Below, piece by piece: positions 55,561-64,000 of a stretch of 64,000 bases of DNA. Positions within the stretch are counted from its first letter, which is position 1, and each line of letters begins with the position of its first letter. Below the pieces are notes generated by a model. The model saw only the letters and a list, made by a program, of their open reading frames with translations, made no database searches and was not told the DNA's origin. This DNA comes from Amoebidium appalachense (Eukaryota; Protista; Ichthyosporea): the NCBI GenBank assembly GCA_963693365.1, contig CAVNZM010000009.1, positions 452,963-516,962 on the forward strand, read 5' to 3'. The position numbers were made by a program, and so were the translations under genes.

Positions 55561-56625
55561 ACACACACTACCCAACACACATACTTACTTTCTGTGCATT
55601 GCAGCCAATGCATTCTGGTGTGGCTGTGAGTCCACCACATGCACTCTGTCCCACATCAACTTGGCTGCCTGCTTGTGCACCTCCCGGTGGTCTGTTGTGC
55701 GGTCGGGCCAAAGAACAACACGCTGGAACCCCTCTAGAAGGGGAAGTACCTGCATAGGGTAGGGGCAAGGGGGGGGGGAGGAGGGGGGGGGGAGGGGAAG
55801 GGGGGGGAGCGCAGGTGGGGGGAAGGATGAGGGAGGGAGGGAGGAGGGAAGAGGGAAGAGGGGCGTAAGGAGGGAGGGACGGAGGGACGGAGGGAAGGAC
55901 GGAGGGACGGAGTGACCGAGGGAGGGAAGGACGGAGGGACGGAGGTAGATGGTTGTCAGTGCACGAATGTTAAAGATGAGAGGCTGTGTGAATGTGGGTG
56001 GGTGGTGTGTGTGCGCAGGGGGGAGTCGGGTTAACTATGTATCTATGCACTACATATCTATGCACTATTTATTTATGCGCTATGTATCTTACGACCCCCC
56101 CTCCAACCTCAAACCCCATCTCACCCCCCCCCCCCCCCCCCCCTCCCCCCCATCCACCCACCCACACCCCCACCCCCACCCCACCCCCACCCACTCTCCA
56201 CGCTCCCCTTTTTCCACGTTTTTTTCGTTTTCTTTTTTTCTTTTTTTTTTTTTTTTTTTTTTTTGGGGGGGGGGGGGGGGAGGGGAGGGAGGGGGGGGAG
56301 GGGGGAGGGGGAGGACTGTTTGTACATACATCTGAGGTGATGCCGCCCAGAGACCCCCTGCATGCCACAGCAGGCAGGCCTGTTGATTGGTGCACCGCCA
56401 TGGCACTGAGCACGTCAGATGCAACAACCACTGTATCCCCCCGCTGATTCCCAGCCAATAGGGAGTAGCCAAACAGGCCTGCACGTGACACCCCATCTCT
56501 GGACACGCTTGGTGGCGGCATGATGGGGGCTGTGCTTGACCTTTGCCCGGCCATGGTGATGCGAGGAACCTTCATACGCTGCATGTAGGTGAGCAGTCCT
56601 GGCAGGGCATACTGTGCGCGCGCGT

Positions 56626-56674
<49 letters not shown>

Positions 56675-59453
56675 TGGTTGGGTGAGTTCGATGTCTGTGT
56701 ATAGGGGGAGGCCGGGGATGGGGGGAAAGGGGGGGTTTTGAATGCGGAACACGGTACAAAGTACGCATACACGACGAGAAGCATGGTGCAGGACACATGC
56801 AAAGGTAAACATTCGAGTATGCAACATCAGCCATGTGCACAGTATGCGTCATAAGCAGAGCCCATCCTCAGGGAGGACCCAAGTCATCAATTGCGTCTGA
56901 GTTTCGACCCCTTAGCCCGCGTATATACGACACTCCAACTCAGACAGCAGCATCAACTGAGCTTGGGCGGGTCAACCCGTCTTGATCAAAGACGAGCAGG
57001 GTTGCTTATGCAAGCAAGGTGAGCAAAACGGTGAAGATGTGTGTGCAAACTAATGCAGTGCAGCGAAAAATGTGTATGTGCTTACAGATGCACGACACAG
57101 AGCAACCATGCCCCGTTGCATGGAAGTAAAGCGGTCTCCACACAGTGGTCTGTCCTGAAAGGACACCTCTGAAAGAAGACTGGGGGGGGTTTTGAATGCG
57201 GAACACGGTACAAAGTACGCATACACGACGAGAAGCATGGTGCAGGACACATGCAAAGGTAAACATTCGGGGGGAAAGGGGGGGGGGGGGGGGGGGGGGG
57301 GGGGAGGTGGAAGGCGCCTGGATGTGAATACAGTTACTGACTGTAATCATACTGTCACCTCATCCTCCCCACTTCCCCATCTCCCCTCCCTCCTTTTCCA
57401 TCTCAATCCCCCTCCCCCCCAACCCCTCCCCCCCAAAAAACAACAATAAAAATAATGACAATAAAGTAAGCCAGACCTCCAGGCCAGTAACTTCACAAGA
57501 ACCCCCCCTACCTCCCTCACGGATCCCCCGCCACCCAAAACTACTTTTTCCATCAAGCTCCTTCGAACCCATCTGTTCCTCTAGGCACGTTTCCACCTCC
57601 CTCAACCTCCACCTCTCCATACCCTCTCTCTCTCTCTCCCTCCCCCCCCTCCCCCCCACTTCCAAGCCACTACCGTCATCCAGAAAATAAAGAAGAAGAA
57701 AAAAGGTGAGAGCCACCCCACCTGCTCGTAGCCAACCACGGCCGCCTTCTTTGAATCCACCCAGTACGCGTCCATATAAGGAAATAACACCTGCACATCC
57801 TCGCCCTTGCTCTGTGGGGGCACAAACGCCACCCGATACTTCTCTAGCGTGGCCAGGCTGATGCCTAATTTGGTAAAGTCCTCCACACGTGTTTTCTTAT
57901 CCGTGAGCGATCTCTTCAGCATGTCCCCATATACCGCGTCCATTTCCCTCAGTACCCCCATGTCGACCCCGTTGCTTTGAAATTTCGTGTTACCCCACTT
58001 GTGCGGATCTCTCAAAACCTCCTGCAAGCCACCGTACTGACCAATAGCACCACACGCCTTGCAATCGTAATCACCATATTTGGCATTGACAAAAAAATGC
58101 GGCGTAAACGTCCACTCTGGTGCCGTGTGTTTGGGTGTCTCCCTTGCAGCTGTGTCTTTCAGAAGCCTACCCTTCTTCACTGGTGGTTTTGGTGCTTCGG
58201 GAGGTGGGCCTTCTGCTTGTTGGAGGCAAAATGGACAAGAGTGTGCGGCAATTTGGGTCGGCCCGACTACATGTTGCACTCCAGCCCGAGTAAGGCGATC
58301 ACGAAGGACTGAGTCGACAGGGCCCTGTGCAAAGGCGACACTTTTCCAGACTGTTGTGTGTGAAGGGGGGGGGAGGGTGGATGAGAGTGGGGGGGAGGGG
58401 AGGGGAGGGGGGGGGGGGGGGGGGAAATAGGGGGAATAGGGGGGGGGAGGGGTGTGTGGGTATGGTTGTGTGCGTGTGCTTGCGCCTGAGTGTGTGTGTG
58501 GGGGGAGGGAGGGGAGGGGGGGGGGGGGGGGGGGGGGGGGGGAGGGGGGATGGACGGGTGTGTGTGGGCAGGTGGGTGGGTGGGTGGGTGGGTGAGTGGG
58601 TTGGTGCGTGGCTGGGTGTTTGGGTGGGTGTTTGTTTGCCCGCGAGTGTGGGTATGGTGGTATGAGTTTTGTTGGGGCAGGGGCCGGGGGGGGGGGGGGG
58701 GGGGGGGGGGGGATATTTGTGTCACTTGACGTGAGTTAAGAGGCTTTTTCTTTCCCAGCTGCCACTTTGATACCACAACCTAAAGGTAGCCACCCACCGC
58801 GCCAAATTCCTTTACTCTCTAACCCACTCTCTTCCTCACCCTCTCCCCAATCTCACCGCCGTGCCCGCTTATTCTCCCCCCTATCTTGCCTGCACAGCCA
58901 CATATACATACACACGTGCGCATGCACCTTCACAAACTGCCCGTTCCCCCATTATCCCAAACACGATGTCTATTTGGTGCTTTCACAAGTCTTCTCATTC
59001 TCTACCTGCTACTAAATTCTGCCCGCCGACGGGAACTTTAAGGCCGTCATCTGCAGTACGCACACACACAACTAAGTGAATAAAACGGAATGTACGCACA
59101 GACATATGCACCCTCTCGTACAAACTTATGGTCACTCCCACCCCCAACTATGCACACACACAGTGACCCTCTGCACATCTATACACACACAAACACGCAC
59201 GCACACACGCAGGCGCTCACACCCATATGCGCTTGCACAAGCACTGTGCATGCATAATACTTATAAATAAGAAAAAAGAATGCGAAGGCATGTTATGACA
59301 TAGGATGGAACCCTTAATCCTGTGCTTCGTGTTCGTTTTGCCCCTTTCATTTAATAGCACATCCCACGTACCATGCATATACTTCCGCCCTGCAGTCGTG
59401 GCCTTAAACGTTGCTGCGCTGCCAAGAATCTTCCATCCTCCCACCAGCGCCAT
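50199..59453 (-). CDS. TWNK: Twinkle mitochondrial DNA helicase (T7 gp4-like SF4), ~11 exons
   Basis: Basic presequence-like N-terminus; CPFC..CKAC metal-binding motif; GLFG/TOPRIM-like region; KGFRSGELTVVTGPTGAGKT (Walker A); GVRTLWGSFEI; LLDNLQFM (Walker B); HVTLVIHPKK; GGTPKASQEADNVLVLQ; KNRYDG. The small 5' exons are tentative. Confidence 0.93.
56729..57269. repeat. 87-bp direct repeats (56729-56815, 57183-57269) bracketing a 367-bp insert in a Twinkle intron
   Basis: TTTTGAATGCGGAACACGGTACAAAG..GGTAAACATTCG is identical in both copies. Confidence 0.9.
56850..57010 (-). ncRNA. Putative structured intronic element, copy B
   Basis: Terminal CATAAGCA/TGCTTATG; nested stems CCCAAG/CTTGGG and GTCTGAGTT/AACTCAGAC; the terminal hairpin needs G-U pairs on the - strand. 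Confidence 0.45.
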
Positions 59454-60258
59454 ACTTGCGCTTTTGCTTTACGCAAACTCAGTAACGCGATTTCTATAAC
59501 ATAAACCTACACAGCACAGTACCCCAGCCTTAACCCGTCATGTCCATTCACTTAGGCTGAGCTCACTAAACAAACCCCTTACAAAGCCCTGAGAAAAATG
59601 CAAAGTGACACGAAGTGTTTAACGTTAAAAACAAAAAAAAAAGGGGGTTTGAACTCTGGCGTGGGGTATGACAGTATCTTTCGTTCGTTTTTTGCTCCTA
59701 CGTCTCCTTCCTTGCACCTCTCACCCTCTCACTGGTTCGCGCCAAATTCTCATCACAAAAGCAGATCATGATTCTTTAGCTAATCACAATGTAAATTGGC
59801 AAGCGATAACCAATAGGAAGGGCGTAAAGTTTGATGTTTCGCGAATCAGACGAAAGCTTGGATTTTCTCATAGTCGCCGGGTATGTTCCCTTGTTCGAGC
59901 TGCTCTATGTACGAAAGGTGGCTTTGGTGGTTTATTTTCTGGGCCGAAATTCATACGTAACGGTAAAGGATCTACATACACTTACTATAACATAGATACA
60001 TATACGCGTATTATATTTTTACAGATTTTTCATAGGTCATGGCTTGCCAACGGCTTTTTGTCCTAGAGACCCCCTCCCCCCTCCCCCCCCCCCCCCCCCG
60101 GGCCCCCCCTTTCCCTCCGCCCCTCCAGTCTATCTCCCTCTCCCTCCCCCTCCCCTCCCCCCCCCCCCCCCCGGTCCCACACACCCTAACATCCTTTCTG
60201 AAAAGACAAAGACCCAACCAAAAGCCGAACCACAACCTGGTACTTGCTAAGTGATTGT

Positions 60259-61305
60259 TTATGAAGGAGGCGAGGCAAAATATGCCGGTGGGTTTGAGCC
60301 CACGTCCCACTGCACACCGTGCAGGATCAGCCTCTCGCCCATATGAGGCAGTGTGCGGTAGACCCCCAGCACAATGCTCTCACTGCCCGTGTCCACCTGA
60401 GAGGAGGAAGGAGGGGGAGTGGGGGGGGGGGGGGGGGGGGGAAGGCCGTAAGAAAAGGCTAGTCAGTCCATGGTAGAAGTTTCCTTCCGTTCCACAAGGT
60501 GAAATATAAACGAAAAGCTCCGCACTACGTATATGTATATAGCTGACAGGAGCAGAGGGGAGTGTGTTAAGCAGCAGTGTGCTGTGTAACCTCATTGGAA
60601 GCCCCGAGGGTTAATGGGATGAGAGTTTGGTTGGGGTTGGGGCGGGGCGCAGGAAGGCGGGAGGGGGAGGCAGGTGAAAGCCCAATAGGCAGACCATTCT
60701 TCAATTTCATGTAAGAAAGAGAAGAGTATTTATGCGACGGGAGGGGAGAGGGGGGGGGGAGGGGGGAGGGGGGGGGGGGCTGAGATGGAAACAATCACAA
60801 GCTTCACCCATGCGAACGCATGGTTCCACCACCTACCACAGCCACGCTCCTGAAGCGCTTCCTTGAGCAACAAAACAGAACAGCTATAAAGCGAACATCC
60901 CGACAGGATGCATGAACGCCTACCTTTATGAAGTAGTTCATACCAGCCACCACCTGGGCTGTGTATTCGGTGGCAACAAACTGTGGGAACTGGCGGTTGG
61001 CCTCTTGCTCCGCCTCAAGCCGCACCTGCGCCAGAGAACATGTCACCACACACGGACACATAAGGACTGCAAGCAGAGGCAGTGCAGCTATCAAGCTCAC
61101 AAAAAAAAAAATTCTCGTCACACACACGGGCACACAATCACACTTGAGCAGATGCACATAAAGCCACACACATACACGTACAGGCACACGGACAGGCACG
61201 CACCCTGTCCGCTATGTTCTGTATGTTGCTGTCTGCTGGTCGCACTTCGTGGCAGCCCCCGCACAGCTGCACATGTGGCCTCGCTTGGGTTGGTTGTTCC
61301 GCCAT
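60259..61305 (-). CDS. Stefin / type-1 cystatin (cystatin A/B-like), 3 exons
   Basis: Exons 61305-61204, 61025-60924, 60396-60259; N-terminal CGG, QVVAG inhibitor loop, NYFIK|V, LPH second loop; no signal peptide. Confidence 0.93.
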
Positions 61306-62038
61306 TCTTCCTTCTGTCTTTGCAGCTTGTTCTTCTCTGTGTTGTCTGTGTGGAACTAGCCTCTTTTTTTTCGTTTTTATCCCAGCGTAAAGTTTCGTCA
61401 TCAGTCGGCACCAGTGGTTGAAAGGGAAGGGCTTATAGTCTAAAAAGGAATACCCGTACGGCGTGGCTCATTCTTTGCTGTTCACATTGGTCTTTTCGCG
61501 GATTTCAGTGACGTCATCACACCCAAGGCCAAGATAGGGCCGGCCCTTCTCTCCGGCATGTGTGAACTATATTACGCAAACATACATCTCTGCTGGGGGT
61601 TACGTAGGTACTCACTACAGACCCAACCCGGTAGTAGTAGCAGGCTTACTGTAGTGACATCGAACAAACGTTTATGCATGGCACATGACCTCTGGTCGGG
61701 GCCATGGACAGGGGTAAACGTGCCGCACCGCACCTTCAATTGCAATGGCCATGGGCGGAGCTCATCGGCCATGGCCATGCCCTTAGCTCATGCCCTTAGG
61801 GACATCAGGCACATGCCGATGCTGAGGTTATTCACATCTAATCTTTGTCCATAGAAGTACAATGTGTGGCTGTGCATGTTGTAGATATTTGATTCATTGC
61901 CAACCACCTGTCGCAAATTTTTTCTGCCATTATAATTGCTCAGGAAATTTGGGATGTATTTTAGATATAAAAACGTTATACTATCACAATATGATATGTA
62001 TTTTGTAAGGTCGTCTCTTACATGTGTATCTCGTTGAG

Positions 62039-62301
62039 TAAAAGTGCTGTCACACTGTGACCCAGAATTGGTGCCGGCACCTCATCACAGATCACATATA
62101 AGCATATATGTCGTTAATAAAGAAAAATTCACACACCCCAAATATAGATAGTGGTGTAAAATTTTCCAGATAATGCTGCGTGTGTGTGTGTAAATTTTTT
62201 TTTTTTTTTTTTTTTTTCTTCTTTTGACTGGATTTATTCGACGGAAAGATATGCAAGTATGCACGGCATACTGAGAAGACAATAAAAACTTCACGAGTTA
62301 T
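62039..62301. mobile_element. Second fragment of the 49371-49576 repeat family (putative left end)
   Basis: Starts TAAAAGTGCTGT; 62220-62301 aligns with 49371-49492. Confidence 0.55.
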
Positions 62302-62995
62302 TCAGTAACAAGTGCATACTGAGATACCTGAACACTGTGTGAAAATCATATAAATACTCAATGTGACGACCAACAGAATTCAACAAAAAGTCTAAAGTGT
62401 TCACATTGCCAGCTAGTGTAGCAGATACCCGGAGGGAAAGAGGTAAAACGCGACATAAAAATTCACACCTATCAACATGCTTGCGATTAAAAAGGTCAGC
62501 ACAAAAGTGGCATTTTAGTGTTTAAAATGTATATTTTTGAATATTGGGAAACAAGTCTATTCACTTTCTAATTCGGTGACCCAGGCCTGCAAAGAGAGTT
62601 TTGATTTTTGCCAGTGACGCCATTTTTTCGTTCTGTCCGCGGTGGCCGCGTCCCCCGGGAAGGGGAGGGGGGCTTTGACGCAGTAACACAGTCGTGAGGT
62701 TAATTTTTCTCGTATAGTGCCACGCCGCAACAATCAATCGATAAAGAGGCCTAGGCCGAATATGCACTCACCATTTATTCAGTCACGCACAACTAAAGAA
62801 AGACCCAGCCGCAGTGACTGTCCAATTGAATCGTGGCTTGGGGCTGCGGGGACATGTGGCTCAGTGCACCTCTGAGTCAGGTGTGCGCATGAGGCGCACC
62901 TGTGTGTGGTGTGTGTGTGTGGGGGGAGGGGGGAGGGTTGGGGGGGGGGAGGGGAACGGGGGGGAGAAGGGGAGGGTGTGTGTGTGTCTGTGCGC

Positions 62996-63059
<64 letters not shown>

Positions 63060-63537
63060 ATGTGTGCGTGTGTGTGTGTGCGCGTGCGCAAATTGCGTGT
63101 GTGGACATCATTTAGGCTTGTGTCGCGTACAAAAGTGCACATAAACCCATCAACATTGTAGTGTAAACTAATACTAACAGTTTGTGCGTGCACACAAAGT
63201 GAACCAGTCTAGAGGTCGGACATCACCAGAGTAGTGACACCGCTTTTCTCGAGTATCTGTAATGTAATGGTTTCACGCTGCCACCGCATCCTCATGCATC
63301 ATGTGGTAAGAAAACATTGTTATAGTCATGCTATCAAAAAGAGGGGTGTGGGGGAGTGGGGGGAAAAGGGGGGGGTGGGGGGAAGAAGGGGGTTTTAAGG
63401 CAGAACATAATACGAAGCACAACTACACCATGAAAAACACAGTGCAAGACACGTAAGGGCAAACACTCAAGCATGCACCAACACAGCGCATGCAAGTGCT
63501 ACTGACATGAGCCAATCCCATTCTCCAAGGGGACCAA

Positions 63538-63572
<35 letters not shown>

Positions 63573-64000
63573 TCTAGAATCAGGAACGAGAAAATGTGTG
63601 CGCGTGTGCCTGTACCCGGGTGCTTTTGTGTTGTGTATGCCCACGCACATGTAGGTGTTTACGCCCACGACAATTTGTGTGCACACACGCATGTGTGTCC
63701 ACGCACATGTATGTGCGCGCAGCGCGAGGTCGGAGAATGGAGTTAAAGCGTTCAGGCAGGAGGGGACGCTGGGGAGGGGTGCACGGGGGGGGGGGGGGGG
63801 GAGGGGGGGGAGGGGGGCGGGGGGCGGGGGAGGAGAAGGGGAGGGAGGCTGAGCCGCTGAGGCCTAGGACGGGGGGAGGGGGACGCCTAGGGACCCCGGG
63901 GAGAGGGGAGATCTAGAGGGAGGGGGGAGGGCTAGCTCCGTTCACGAGGTACCCTTGTGTTGGCTTGTGACAGAGGAATTGCGGGAGGTGGTGGTGGTGG

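Noticed and set aside
56890-56950. Hammerhead ribozyme (CUGA..GAAAC on the - strand)
   Set aside because: CUGA is not followed by NGA, it is sequestered in a stem, and the homologous copy lacks GAAA.
62861-64000. Possible terminal exon ([12 protein letters not shown]) of a minus-strand gene entering from the right
   Set aside because: Acceptor context is plausible but there is no recognisable protein or supported upstream exon in the window.

Overview
Eukaryotic, intron-rich genomic DNA full of poly-G/poly-C runs and (GT)n/(CA)n microsatellites, so most ORFs in the supplied track are low-complexity artefacts. Manual splicing recovers six intron-containing genes: a 5'-truncated UBE2Q-like E2 (+), a single-C2H2-finger protein (+), a bacterial-type DUF4197 protein (-), a CLK/LAMMER kinase (-), a Twinkle mtDNA helicase with degenerate primase motifs (-) and a stefin/cystatin (-). 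The centre holds an intronless histone quintet (H2B<>H3, H4<>H2A, H1). All five genes end in a variant 3' stem-loop (GGTGTT-TNTA-AACACC-ACC) followed by a conserved CAAAG..TTA element resembling a U7-type histone downstream element. The cluster lies between ~1.37 kb inverted copies of part of the DUF4197 gene and next to a 4 kb 47-bp TATA+(GGGT)4 satellite. Kolobok-like, Harbinger-like and unclassified MITEs and a two-copy structured intronic element are also present. Many introns have mutually complementary ends, suggesting structure-assisted splicing. The proteins look opisthokont, possibly a unicellular holozoan; this is inference only. Exon coordinates were derived by eye and homopolymer lengths may be unreliable.
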